A DNA stretch of 64,000 nucleotides, from positions 559 to 64,558 of the forward strand of contig CAZHZL010000003.1 of NCBI GenBank assembly GCA_964537245.1, read 5' to 3'. The notes beneath the pieces are model-generated. The model made no database searches, was not told where the DNA came from, and saw only the letters and a list, made by a program, of their open reading frames with translations. Both the position numbers and the translations under genes were made by a program. Positions 45,807 through 55,354 of the stretch are shown piece by piece. Numbering within the stretch: the first letter of the stretch is position 1; each line of letters opens with the position of its first letter. Origin of the DNA: an uncultured Oscillospiraceae bacterium. Its GTDB lineage: Bacteria; Bacillota; Clostridia; UMGS1840.

Positions 45807-47096
45807 TTACACATACAAATTTTTTATAAATTCGTTTCCGTCTGTTTTTGAAACGATAACTTCGCACCCAAGCGACTTCTCAATATCCCTTACCGTCATA
45901 TCATCCAATGTTACATCGCCCTGTGCACGAAACATATTTTCAGGAAGAAGAAGCTTATCAATTTCTCTCCCTTTTAACTGTTCTATCACATCTGCTCCGG
46001 TAAGAAGCCCCGAAACAGTTATATTCTCTCCAAAAAAGTTGTTTTTGATTTTTACGGTCTCGATATTACAGCCGTATTTTTCGTTAAAGCTGTCAACCAA
46101 GCCTTTTACCGTATCATATGCGGCATATCCGCTTATAACAACCTTATTTTTTATTTCTATCTTCTTTTTATTTTTTCTGTAAAAATCGTCAAGCTTAAAT
46201 TCGTCTTTAAAGGACGCTATCATTCCCACACCGTTTTCAATTTGCGGAAAATCGTCATAATACTTTATATCGGGAATGGGTATTTCGCCTTTTATAAAGA
46301 ATTCATCAGCAGGATAAACAAAGCGCATGCCTCTTTTTTTATAAGCAATATCACCGTATTTATTTACTGTTTTTATAACCTCAATGCAATCCTCTTTATC
46401 AAAAAGCTCAACCTGCTCTAAGCCTTCTCTGTATTTTGTCTGTCCCATAGGAACGACAGAAACGCTGTTTACACCTAAATTATACAAATCTCTTATTGAT
46501 ATTTCAAGATGGTCCTTATCGTTCCAGCCTTTACACAAAACTATCTGTGCATTGACTGTTATGTTGTTTTCAATAAGTCTTTTTATCTTATCCTTTATTC
46601 CGCCTGCAAAACGATTATTGAGCATTTTCTTTCTAAGCGCGTCCTCTGTTGAATGAACAGACACATTTACAGGCGATAAATGCATTTCAATTATACTTTC
46701 AAATTCCTCTTCCTTCATATTTGTGAAGGTAACATAGTTTCCTGTAAGAAACGAAAGTCTTGTATCATCGTCTTTAAAATAAAGCGGTTTACGCATACCT
46801 TTGGGAAGCTGGTCTATGAAGCAGAAGATACATTTGTTATGACAGCTTTTCGGATTTTCGACCATAGGTCCGTTATTTATTATTCCGATATCCTCATAAT
46901 TGTTATGTATCGTAACAATATAATTTTTTCCGTCACTTTTAAGGACATTAAGCGTAACCTTTTTTTCGCAGATAAGATAACCGTACATAAGTCCGTCGGT
47001 TACCTCACGGGAATTTATATGAGTTATATAATCGCCTTTTCTTATATGCTTTTTATAAGCTAAGCTATTTTTCAATACATCTTCAACATAATACAT
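45807..47096 (-). CDS. PDZ plus DUF512 radical-SAM-like protein
   Basis: N-terminal PDZ-like segment, a CHNKCIFC (Cx3Cx2C) cluster motif and a DUF512-type C-terminus. It occupies the conserved position upstream of der. RBS GGAGGAGGGGA lies before ATG 47096. Confidence 0.75.
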   Translation of the reverse strand: MYYVEDVLKNSLAYKKHIRKGDYITHINSREVTDGLMYGYLICEKKVTLNVLKSDGKNYIVTIHNNYEDIGIINNGPMVENPKSCHNKCIFCFIDQLPKGMRKPLYFKDDDTRLSFLTGNYVTFTNMKEEEFESIIEMHLSPVNVSVHSTEDALRKKMLNNRFAGGIKDKIKRLIENNITVNAQIVLCKGWNDKDHLEISIRDLYNLGVNSVSVVPMGQTKYREGLEQVELFDKEDCIEVIKTVNKYGDIAYKKRGMRFVYPADEFFIKGEIPIPDIKYYDDFPQIENGVGMIASFKDEFKLDDFYRKNKKKIEIKNKVVISGYAAYDTVKGLVDSFNEKYGCNIETVKIKNNFFGENITVSGLLTGADVIEQLKGREIDKLLLPENMFRAQGDVTLDDMTVRDIEKSLGCEVIVSKTDGNEFIKNLYV

Positions 47097-47116
47097 ATAA
47101 TCCCCTCCTCCATTGT

Positions 47117-47155
47117 AAAAAAACAACGGGGAACTTAGAACATAAGTATCCCCGT
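47117..47155 (-). terminator. Rho-independent terminator of rpmF
   Basis: Minus strand: ACGGGGA-loop-TCCCCGT followed by TGTTTTTTT. Confidence 0.75.
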
Positions 47156-47170
47156 CTAAAGGCTGAAATA

Positions 47171-47347
47171 TTAATCTACCTTAATTACTTCTCTACCTTT
47201 GTAATATCCACAAGCTTTACAAACTCTGTGTGGTAATGTCAATTCCTGACAATGTGGACATTTAACAAGTCCCGGAACACTAAGTTTCCAATTTGCTCTT
47301 CTCTTGTCTCTTCTTGCTTTAGAGACCTTTCTCTTTGGTACAGCCAT
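47171..47347 (-). CDS. rpmF: 50S ribosomal protein L32 (zinc-ribbon form)
   Basis: Absent from the ORF track because it is only 58 aa. Hand translation gives [68 protein letters not shown] lies upstream, and the gene follows the DUF177 gene, as is typical. Confidence 0.95.
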   Translation of the reverse strand: MAVPKRKVSKARRDKRRANWKLSVPGLVKCPHCQELTLPHRVCKACGYYKGREVIKVD

Positions 47348-47395
47348 TTTCTACACCTCCTGAGTGTATATAATAATTTTTTAAACAAATGTAAA

Positions 47396-47911
47396 TTAGT
47401 TTTTGAAAAAGTCTTTTAATTTTTCAAGTCTCGGGTCAATCTCATCGTCCTTGCAGCCGCAGTCTTTTTCGTTGAGATTGCAACCGCATTTTGTGCAGAG
47501 TCCCTTGCAGCCGCTCTTACAGATATGTTTTTCTAAAGTAAGCGGATAAATACATTTATATATCCCTTCTAAAAGAAGAACTTTATTACCTGAATAGATA
47601 ATATATTCGTCTGCTTCAAAATCTGAGCCTTCTTTTGCTATGACCTCATCAATTTCCAAAGAATAATCTTCTTTGTAGCTTTCAAGGCAACGGTCACATT
47701 CAAAAGAAAACGAAAAGCTTAAAATACCTTTTAAAAACAAATTGCCTGATAAGTTTGTTATGCTCCCTTTAATAGCTACATCGCTGTCAAGCGGAAGCGT
47801 ACTGTCTGCTTCCAAAAAAGCTTCTTTAGGAAAAGTTTTATCCACATCTAAAACCATCCCGTCCGCTTTCGTTACAGAAGTCAGATCAATCCATAAAGCA
47901 TCGTTCTGCAT
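47396..47911 (-). CDS. DUF177 (YceD/YlbN) family protein
   Basis: 171 aa with a C-terminal Cys cluster (CKSGCKGLCTKCGCNLNEKDCGC). It occupies the conserved position immediately upstream of rpmF. Confidence 0.8.
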   Translation of the reverse strand: MQNDALWIDLTSVTKADGMVLDVDKTFPKEAFLEADSTLPLDSDVAIKGSITNLSGNLFLKGILSFSFSFECDRCLESYKEDYSLEIDEVIAKEGSDFEADEYIIYSGNKVLLLEGIYKCIYPLTLEKHICKSGCKGLCTKCGCNLNEKDCGCKDDEIDPRLEKLKDFFKN

Positions 47912-48012
47912 GATTTACCTCCGTTTTTTTTAAAATAAGCAACAATATAAATCAAGAACATATGCCCAAGACACAGGCTCACCCGTGTCTAACCGACAGA
48001 CATACAACTAAT

Positions 48013-48041
48013 ATAATACATAATTTTTTGTATTTTGTCAA
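48013..48041 (-). promoter_or_regulatory. Putative sigma-A promoter of the DUF177-rpmF operon
   Basis: On the minus strand: TTGACA (48041-48036), 17-nt spacer, TATTAT (48018-48013). Confidence 0.5.
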
Positions 48042-48077
48042 GAGTTTTTTTGAAAAAAACCGCAAATTACATCAAAT

Positions 48078-49259
48078 TTATATCAATTTCTGTGTTTCAA
48101 GTGCAATCATAAGTTCTTCGTTAGTAGGAATTACAAGAGTTTTAACCTTTGCACCTTCTTTTGTAATATCAACTGTGCCCCTTGTTTTGTTCTTTGCGTC
48201 ATCAATTTCGATACCCATAAATTCAAGTCCTGAAACGATATCCGCTCTCATTTTAGCATCGTTTTCACCGATACCCGCTGTAAATATAACTGCGTCAACT
48301 CCGCCCATTGCAGCAGCATACGCACCGATGTATTTTTTAACGCCGTATTCAAATATATCAAGCGCAAGTGCACATCTTTCGTCGCCTGCGTCTTTTCCGG
48401 CAGTTAAATCTCTGAAGTCAGAGGATTTACCTGAAATACCGTAAACGCCCGATTCTTTATTAAGAATTGTGAGCACCTCTGAAATTGAAATTCCTCTTTT
48501 ATTTGCTATAAATTCAACGATTGCAGGGTCAATATCACCTGAACGGGTTCCCATTGCAACACCTGCAAGCGGTGTAAGTCCCATTGTTGTATCAACAGAT
48601 TTCCCACCGTCAACAGCAGTAATCGAAGAGCCATTTCCTAAGTGACAGGTAATAATTTTCAAATCTTCGGGAGCTTTTCCGAGATATTCGGCAGCCTTCA
48701 TTGATACATATTTGTGGCTTGTGCCGTGGAAACCGTATCTTCTGATACCGTAATCCTTATAGTAGTTATAAGGGAGTGCATAAATATATGCTTTCTGAGG
48801 CATTGTCTGATGGAACGCTGTGTCAAACACGCCAACCTGCGGAACATTCGGAAGTATTTTCTTACATGCTTCAATTCCAACGATATTCGGAGGATTGTGA
48901 AGCGGTGCAAGCTCGATACATTCATCAAGCGCATTCATAACAGCTTCTGTAATCACACATGAGCCGTTGAATTTTTCTCCGCCGTGAACAACTCGGTGAC
49001 CGATTGCGTCAATTTCATCCATAGAAGCAATTACACCCATTTTTTCATCTGTAAGACTGTTAAGAACAGCGTTTATAGCGTCGCTGTGGTCCTTTAAGGT
49101 AAGTTCAATTTCAAATTTTTCTCCGTCTTTTTCGTGCTTCAACTTACCATCTATTCCTATTCTTTCGCATAAGCCTTTAGCCATAACGGACTGGTCGTCC
49201 ATATTAATAAGCTGATATTTCAAAGATGAGCTTCCTGCATTAATTACCAAAACTTTCAT
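48078..49259 (-). CDS. ackA: Acetate kinase
   Basis: [17 protein letters not shown] start, HRVVHGG, and GFHGTSH motifs. Confidence 0.95.
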   Translation of the reverse strand: MKVLVINAGSSSLKYQLINMDDQSVMAKGLCERIGIDGKLKHEKDGEKFEIELTLKDHSDAINAVLNSLTDEKMGVIASMDEIDAIGHRVVHGGEKFNGSCVITEAVMNALDECIELAPLHNPPNIVGIEACKKILPNVPQVGVFDTAFHQTMPQKAYIYALPYNYYKDYGIRRYGFHGTSHKYVSMKAAEYLGKAPEDLKIITCHLGNGSSITAVDGGKSVDTTMGLTPLAGVAMGTRSGDIDPAIVEFIANKRGISISEVLTILNKESGVYGISGKSSDFRDLTAGKDAGDERCALALDIFEYGVKKYIGAYAAAMGGVDAVIFTAGIGENDAKMRADIVSGLEFMGIEIDDAKNKTRGTVDITKEGAKVKTLVIPTNEELMIALETQKLI

Positions 49260-49287
49260 TTTTATTATTTCCTTTCTTAATTTAAAA

Positions 49288-49653
49288 TTACAATTCTTTT
49301 TTCAATGATTGCTTTGCGGTTGTAATAGAAGAAATTAATATTTTCCGTATTTTACTATTTTGAGAAAACAGTATATCATAAGTTTCTTTGGAAATTATTT
49401 TGGTTTCTTTAAAAATATCCAACCAATATTCAGTTTCATAACATTCCTTTAATGCTATCTGAAATTTATTAATAAAATCCGATTTGCTTGATGCATAATT
49501 TCCCTCATGTATGTTTGCACCAATACCAGTACCGCTTCTCAAAAGTTGATTTAATAAAACATTGCCCCTTTTATTATCTTTGATAGTAGTACAAACATTT
49601 ATAATATCAACAGCAAATTTTTTTGATAAATCAACCAACAAATTTTCCTTCAT
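49288..49653 (-). CDS. Four-helix-bundle protein (23S rRNA intervening-sequence protein / Avd-like family)
   Basis: 121 aa. [42 protein letters not shown] is the typical signature of this family. Confidence 0.7.
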   Translation of the reverse strand: MKENLLVDLSKKFAVDIINVCTTIKDNKRGNVLLNQLLRSGTGIGANIHEGNYASSKSDFINKFQIALKECYETEYWLDIFKETKIISKETYDILFSQNSKIRKILISSITTAKQSLKKEL

Positions 49654-49669
49654 TTTTTCCTATTATTTT

Positions 49670-49838
49670 ATGATTTGCAAAATTACATTTTGCATGATTT
49701 GACATCTTTGATGTCATGATTTCTCGCTATTTCTCCATGAATTGAATTGCCTTTTTAAGAATGCACAATGTGCAATTCATGAGCCGACAGGCTCAATTCA
49801 TGAAAGCTTTCTTTCAATTCATGCCAAGGCAATTCATT
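49670..49838. repeat. Dense cluster of short direct and inverted repeats in the spacer between pta and the four-helix-bundle gene
   Basis: CAATTCAT(G/T) starts at 49773, 49794, 49815 and 49830, with one inverted copy CATGAATTG at 49736-49744. ATGATTT occurs at 49670, 49694 and 49716. Small perfect palindromes lie at 49676-49694, 49701-49715, 49762-49774 and 49780-49795. Confidence 0.8.
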
Positions 49839-49856
49839 GTAATTTGCTGGAGCAAA

Positions 49857-50846
49857 TTACTGCGCCTGTACAGCAGTAATAGCCACAACTCCAACTATAT
49901 CATCGCTGCTGCAACCACGCGATAAGTCGTTTATAGGCATTGCAATACCTTGTGTTATAGGTCCGTAAGCTTCTGCCTTTGCAAGTCTCTGAACAAGCTT
50001 GTAGCCGATGTTTCCTGCATCTAAGTCAGGGAAGCAAAGAACATTTGCTTTTCCTGCAACATCACTGTCAGGAGCCTTCGATGAGCCAACCTCTGGAACG
50101 ATTGCAGCGTCAAGCTGTAATTCACCATCAACCTTGAGATTCGGATTATTTTCTTTACAAATTCTTGTTGCTTCAACCACCTTATCAACATCAGCGTGCT
50201 TTGCACTGCCTTTAGTTGAATGAGAAAGCATAGCAACGATTGCTTCCTTTTCGCAAAGAAGCTCAAAGGATTCAGCACTGCAAGCAGCAATTGCTGCGAG
50301 CTTTTCAGGATCGGGATTCTGTTCTAAACCGCTGTCAGCAAAAATAAATGTGCCGTTTGCGCCGTATTCACAATTTGGAACAACCATTAAAAAGAATGCA
50401 GAAACAAGCTTAACACCAGGCTTTGTTTTTATAATCTGCAAGCTTGGGCGAAGTGTATTTGCCGTTGAATGACATGCGCCCGAAACAACGCCGTCAGCGT
50501 CACCTGCTTTAACCATAAGACAGGCATAATACATATAATCTCCCAAAGCTGTTTTTTTAGCTTCTTCATATGTCAGCCCTTTTGATTTTCTGAGTTCAAC
50601 AAAAAGGTTGAGATATTCTTCTGTTTTTTCGTAAGTAAAAGGATCAATAAGCTTAGCCTTTGAAATATCAAGACCTGCGCTGTTTTTTTCAATTTCTTCC
50701 TTTGTACCGATGATAATGAGGTCGGCAATATCTTCTTTTAATATTTTTTCCGCTGCCTCAAATGTTCTTCTGTCCATTGATTCGGGCAGAACAATAGTTT
50801 TTTTGTTTTCTCTTGCTCTTTCTTTGATTCTGTCAATGAATGCCAT
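49857..50846 (-). CDS. pta: Phosphate acetyltransferase
   Basis: MAFIDRIKERARENKKTIVLPES start, typical Pta core, and C-terminal GCSSDDIVGVVAITAVQAQ. RBS GGAGGT lies before ATG 50846. Confidence 0.95.
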   Translation of the reverse strand: MAFIDRIKERARENKKTIVLPESMDRRTFEAAEKILKEDIADLIIIGTKEEIEKNSAGLDISKAKLIDPFTYEKTEEYLNLFVELRKSKGLTYEEAKKTALGDYMYYACLMVKAGDADGVVSGACHSTANTLRPSLQIIKTKPGVKLVSAFFLMVVPNCEYGANGTFIFADSGLEQNPDPEKLAAIAACSAESFELLCEKEAIVAMLSHSTKGSAKHADVDKVVEATRICKENNPNLKVDGELQLDAAIVPEVGSSKAPDSDVAGKANVLCFPDLDAGNIGYKLVQRLAKAEAYGPITQGIAMPINDLSRGCSSDDIVGVVAITAVQAQ

Positions 50847-50910
50847 TTTTAATACCTCCATACTCATATGCAAGATAATGGAAAAAAATCCATAATATTT
50901 CATGTTACTT

Positions 50911-50939
50911 ATTATATACCAATAAACTTAATTTTTCAA
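50911..50939 (-). promoter_or_regulatory. Putative sigma-A promoter of pta
   Basis: On the minus strand: TTGAAA (50939-50934), 17-nt spacer, TATAAT (50916-50911). Confidence 0.55.
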
Positions 50940-50968
50940 GTCTTTTTTTAATTTTTTTGAGTAAACAT

Positions 50969-50997
50969 TTGACTTTTTTGTTTTGATATGCTACAAT
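50969..50997 (+). promoter_or_regulatory. Putative sigma-A promoter of yicC
   Basis: TTGACT (50969-50974), 17-nt spacer, TACAAT (50992-50997). Confidence 0.55.
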
Positions 50998-51035
50998 CTT
51001 TTTAGATAATAAATATAAAAGAGGTGTTTTTTAAA

Positions 51036-51914
51036 ATGGCACTTAGTATGACAGGCTACGGCAGAGAGAAAACGATGAACGGAGATTACGAAATCAGCGT
51101 TGAGATAAAATCAGTGAATAACAGATACTTTGACGCTAATATCCGCGTCCCGAAAATATTCACATTTTTAGAGGAAAAAGTACGCAAATACTTATCAGAA
51201 AAAATCAATCGGGGCAAGGTTGATGTTTTCATCTTTATGAAGAATACCGTTGAAGATGAATCGGAAATTGACTACAACAAGGACCTTGCGCAAAAATACT
51301 ACGATGTTTTTAAACAAATGGCAGAAAGCTTTGATATTCCGTTTGACCTTACAGCAACTAAGCTCGGCAGAATGAACGATATTTTTACAGTTTCTCAAAA
51401 AGAATACAGTGAAGACGAAATTTTTGAAATATTGAAGCCTGTTCTGGATAAAGCAACAGAAGACTTTCTGGATATGCGCAAAAAAGAAGGTAAGCGTCTG
51501 GAGGCAGATGTTTTATCAAGAATAGATAAGCTCAAGGAAATAGTTTCTCAGATTGAAGTTCTTCTTCCCGAATCGGTAAAGGAATATGAAAACAGATTGA
51601 GAACAAAGCTCGACGAATATTTAAAAGGCGTTGAATACGATGAGCAAAGAGTTCTTACAGAGGTAGCCATATTCTCAGACAAGGTTGCCACCTTTGAGGA
51701 AACAACAAGATTAAGAAGTCATTTTCAGGAATTCTGCGATTTGGTTTCAAAAGAAATCCCCGTCGGTAAAAAGCTTGACTTTATAATTCAGGAAATGAAC
51801 AGAGAAGTAAACACAACCTGTTCAAAATGTCAGAGCATAGAAATCTCAAAGCTTGGCATTGAAGCAAAATCAGAAATTGAAGCTATAAGAGAACAAATTC
51901 AAAACATAGAATAA
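51036..51914 (+). CDS. yicC: YicC/YloC family stress-induced protein (endoribonuclease-like)
   Basis: MALSMTGYGRE start, SVNNRYFD, and C-terminal DFIIQEMNREVNT and REQIQNIE motifs. Confidence 0.85.
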   Translation: MALSMTGYGREKTMNGDYEISVEIKSVNNRYFDANIRVPKIFTFLEEKVRKYLSEKINRGKVDVFIFMKNTVEDESEIDYNKDLAQKYYDVFKQMAESFDIPFDLTATKLGRMNDIFTVSQKEYSEDEIFEILKPVLDKATEDFLDMRKKEGKRLEADVLSRIDKLKEIVSQIEVLLPESVKEYENRLRTKLDEYLKGVEYDEQRVLTEVAIFSDKVATFEETTRLRSHFQEFCDLVSKEIPVGKKLDFIIQEMNREVNTTCSKCQSIEISKLGIEAKSEIEAIREQIQNIE

Positions 51915-51959
51915 ATTTATTTTTTTACAGAAAGTTAAATTTTTTCTGAGGGTACAGCT

Positions 51960-53318
51960 ATGAATACAAAAAAATATGAAATTGATACTACACAAGGAAA
52001 AATGTTCGGAAAAATTATAGCCTTTTCCATACCGCTTATGCTTACGGGTATTCTGCAGGTTTTATTCAACGCAGCCGATACCATAGTTGTAGGAAGATAC
52101 GCAGGTGATAATTCTTTAGCAGCAGTAGGCTCTACAAGCTCACTTACAAATCTTATTATCAATCTGTTCATAGGAATGTCGCAAGGTACAACCATTCTTG
52201 TTTCAAGATATTTTGGTGCAAGAAACAAGGAAGGTATGCAAAGAACTGTACACACCGCAATTCTTTTAAGTATACTGAGCGGAATTTTCTTAGCAATTTT
52301 CGGTGTAGCTTTTGCCCGACCACTTCTTTCTCTTATGGGCTCACCTTCGGATGTTATTGACCTTGCAACATTATATTTAAGAATATATTTTGCAGGTATG
52401 CCGGTTTCTATGCTGTACAATTTTTCAAGCGGTATTATGAGGGCATACGGAGATACCAAACGACCGCTTTGTTTTCTTACAATAGCAGGTATTGTAAATG
52501 TTATTTTAAATTTAATTTTTGTTATCATATTTAAAATGGATGTTGCGGGTGTTGCTATTGCGACAGTTATTTCTCAGGCTATTTCAGCCTTCCTTAATAT
52601 GAGATGTTTACTCAAAATTGACAACGACTGCCGTGTAAGCTTAAGAAAATTGAAAATCCATAAAAAAGAACTTTTTAATATCGCCCGTCTCGGTATTCCT
52701 GCAGGTATTCAGGGGTCGATGTTTTCAATAACAAATGTTCTTATACAGTCAGCCGTAAACTCATTCGGTTCAACCGTTATGGCTGCACACAGTGCCGCGG
52801 CTTCTATTGAAGGTATTATCTACACTGCAATGAACGCCTTCGGTAACACAACGGTTACAGTCTGCTCACAGAATTTCGGTGCAAGAAAGAAAAAACGAAT
52901 ACTGCGCGGCTGGGCAATCTGTATTTTTTGCGTAACAGTTGTCGGACTTGGACTCGGAATGTTATCAGTTGTTTTTGCAGAGCCTCTTATGTCGATATAT
53001 ACAAGCGGTGAGGAAACAATCAGAACAGGCGCAATGCGAATAGGGATTGAAATGCCGTTTTATTTCCTTTGCGGAATTATGGAGGTGTCTGTCGGCGCAC
53101 TCAGAGGCATAGGATTTTCGCTTCTTCCGATGTTTGTTTCCATGTTCGGTGCGTGCATATTCCGTATAACATGGCAGTATACAATTTTTGCATATATACA
53201 CACTCTCCCCTGTTTGTATGCCTCATATCCTGCTTCGTGGCTGCTTACGGGCGCTATACAGACAATACTTTTCATTACATTCTATAAAAAACTGAAATTA
53301 CAGGATAAAGGAGCGTAA
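51960..53318 (+). CDS. MATE family efflux transporter
   Basis: 452 aa with about 12 TM helices and a typical MATE N-terminus (GKIIAFSIPLMLTGILQVLFNAADTIVVGR). Confidence 0.9.
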   Translation: MNTKKYEIDTTQGKMFGKIIAFSIPLMLTGILQVLFNAADTIVVGRYAGDNSLAAVGSTSSLTNLIINLFIGMSQGTTILVSRYFGARNKEGMQRTVHTAILLSILSGIFLAIFGVAFARPLLSLMGSPSDVIDLATLYLRIYFAGMPVSMLYNFSSGIMRAYGDTKRPLCFLTIAGIVNVILNLIFVIIFKMDVAGVAIATVISQAISAFLNMRCLLKIDNDCRVSLRKLKIHKKELFNIARLGIPAGIQGSMFSITNVLIQSAVNSFGSTVMAAHSAAASIEGIIYTAMNAFGNTTVTVCSQNFGARKKKRILRGWAICIFCVTVVGLGLGMLSVVFAEPLMSIYTSGEETIRTGAMRIGIEMPFYFLCGIMEVSVGALRGIGFSLLPMFVSMFGACIFRITWQYTIFAYIHTLPCLYASYPASWLLTGAIQTILFITFYKKLKLQDKGA

Positions 53319-53322
53319 TATA

Positions 53323-53970
53323 ATGACAAAAAAGGAGCGTTTTTTTAAGATAAAAAAAGAGCTTGATATTTTATACAAGGATGCACACTGTACGCTCGAT
53401 TACAATACTCCTTTTGAGCTTCTCATTGCAACAATGCTTGCGGCGCAGTGTACTGACGCAAGAGTGAATATTGTCACAAAAGAAATGTATAAAAAATATA
53501 ATACTCCCGAAGCTTTTGCAAAGCTCAGCTTAGGAGAAATTGAAAAAGGAATAAAGTCGACAGGCTTTTATAAAAACAAAGCAAAAAATATCAAAAAATG
53601 CTCACAGCAGTTACTCGAAAAGCATAACGGAGAAGTTCCCGAAAGTATGGAGGAACTTGTTGAGCTTGCGGGAGTAGGCAGAAAGACCGCCAATGTTGTA
53701 AGAGGAGAAATCTTCAAAAGGCCTGCCGTTGTTATAGATACTCACGCAAAGAGACTTACAAACAGAATGGGGCTTACTAAAAGCGATGACCCTGTAAAAA
53801 TCGAGTTTGAGCTTAAGAAATTTATACCTGAAGAATATCAGTTTGATTTCTGTCATTGCCTTGTTTTTCACGGTCGTGAAATCTGCAAGGCGCAAAGACC
53901 TCTTTGCGAAAAGTGTCCGCTTAATGATATCTGCACATATTATTTAAAAAATAAAAAAGGAAAGAAATAA
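53323..53970 (+). CDS. nth: Endonuclease III
   Basis: HhH-GPD motif (LAGVGRKTANVV) and a C-terminal [4Fe-4S] motif, C-x6-C-x2-C-x5-C (CKAQRPLCEKCPLNDIC). Confidence 0.95.
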   Translation: MTKKERFFKIKKELDILYKDAHCTLDYNTPFELLIATMLAAQCTDARVNIVTKEMYKKYNTPEAFAKLSLGEIEKGIKSTGFYKNKAKNIKKCSQQLLEKHNGEVPESMEELVELAGVGRKTANVVRGEIFKRPAVVIDTHAKRLTNRMGLTKSDDPVKIEFELKKFIPEEYQFDFCHCLVFHGREICKAQRPLCEKCPLNDICTYYLKNKKGKK

Positions 53971-53972
53971 AA

Positions 53973-54425
53973 ATGATTTTATATACATCAATCTGCATAG
54001 CGGTTATAGCATTAACAAGGTTTTTAGCATACTGGGGAATCCATTTTTTAAAGGATAACCGCATTACGCTTATAAAAGACGCGCTTTATCTTACCTATGT
54101 GGAAAACACAGGTGCGGCATTCGGTATTTTCAATAATTCAACTGCACTTCTTTCTGTTATAGGAATACTATTTTTTATTATATTAACATATATTGTTGCA
54201 GCAAAGAAATTAAAAGGAAAATCGTATATTTTTCCTCTTGCATTTCTTGCAGGCGGCGGGATTTCAAATGTATGCGACAGAATAAAATTCGGTTTTGTTG
54301 TTGATTATATAGATTTTTCTCTTATAAATTATCCTGTTTTCAATCTTGCCGATATCTGCATAGTATGCAGCTGCATATTTATTTTTATAAAAATTCTTTT
54401 TTCAAAGGAAAGCGATGAAAAGTAG
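53973..54425 (+). CDS. lspA: Lipoprotein signal peptidase II
   Basis: 150 aa with 4 TM helices and the motifs NTGAAFG and FNLADICI. Confidence 0.9.
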   Translation: MILYTSICIAVIALTRFLAYWGIHFLKDNRITLIKDALYLTYVENTGAAFGIFNNSTALLSVIGILFFIILTYIVAAKKLKGKSYIFPLAFLAGGGISNVCDRIKFGFVVDYIDFSLINYPVFNLADICIVCSCIFIFIKILFSKESDEK

Positions 54426-54427
54426 TT

Positions 54428-55351
54428 ATGGAAGAAAAAAAACTGACTGTAATCACAGATGAAGCTATAAGAGCAGATAAGTATATTGCGGGCGTTTTTG
54501 AAGAGCTTACAAGAAGCCATATTCAGAAGCTTATTGACTCTGAAAATGTCAGTATAAACGGAAAAATATGCACAAAGAAAACGATTGTTAAAACAGGCGA
54601 CGAAATTACAATCTGCATACCCGAGCCCGAAGTTTTAGACGCTAAACCGCAGGATATTCCGCTTGATATTGTATATGAGGACGATGATGTTATAATCGTA
54701 AATAAGCCTCGCAATATGGTTGTGCATCCTGCAAACGGAAATCCCGACGGAACGCTTGTAAATGCGCTTATGCATAAATGCAAGGATAAGCTTTCAACAA
54801 TAAACGGCGTTATCCGCCCGGGGATTGTCCACAGAATAGATAAGGATACAACAGGAATACTTATGGTCGCAAAAAATGACAGCTCACATCTTTTTTTATC
54901 AGAACAGATAAAAGACCATTCATTTGTAAGGGAATATATTGCCCTTTGCGACGGTAATATTAAGGAAAACACAAAAAGAATAGATAAGCCAATAGGACGA
55001 AGCGAAAAGGACAGAAAAAAAATGGCTGTCACAATGAAAAATTCAAAAGAAGCAATTACCGATGTTGAAGTTCTGGAAAGATTCGGAACACATACGCTTA
55101 TAAAATGTAAGCTGTACACAGGAAGAACACATCAGATACGAGTACATCTTTCTTCGATAGGGCATCCTATCACGGGAGACGCCGTATACGGTGCAAAAAA
55201 ACAGCCTCTTTTTGATAAAGGACAGCTTCTTCATGCATATAAGCTTGGATTTATTCATCCCAACACAAAAAAATATATTGAATTTGAAAAAAATATTCCT
55301 GAAGAATTTACACAGGTTTTAAAAAAATTACAGCGAAAGGAATTGGATTGA
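54428..55351 (+). CDS. rluD: RluA-family 23S rRNA pseudouridine synthase (RluD-like)
   Basis: N-terminal S4 domain, catalytic HRIDKDTTGIL motif, and C-terminal TGRTHQIRVH. Confidence 0.85.
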   Translation: MEEKKLTVITDEAIRADKYIAGVFEELTRSHIQKLIDSENVSINGKICTKKTIVKTGDEITICIPEPEVLDAKPQDIPLDIVYEDDDVIIVNKPRNMVVHPANGNPDGTLVNALMHKCKDKLSTINGVIRPGIVHRIDKDTTGILMVAKNDSSHLFLSEQIKDHSFVREYIALCDGNIKENTKRIDKPIGRSEKDRKKMAVTMKNSKEAITDVEVLERFGTHTLIKCKLYTGRTHQIRVHLSSIGHPITGDAVYGAKKQPLFDKGQLLHAYKLGFIHPNTKKYIEFEKNIPEEFTQVLKKLQRKELD

Positions 55352-55354
55352 CAT

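Noticed and set aside
49288-49653. The four-helix-bundle protein as the Avd component of a diversity-generating retroelement.
   Set aside because: There is no reverse transcriptase gene, no template/variable repeat pair and no adenine-specific mismatch pattern nearby. Family membership alone is insufficient.
49801-49816. TGAAAGCTTTCTTTCA as a CcpA cre site upstream of ackA.
   Set aside because: It contains the palindrome GAAAGCTTTC but lacks the central CG of the cre consensus (WTGNAANCGNWNNCW). The arm spacing does not fit either, and AAGCTT is very frequent in this genome.
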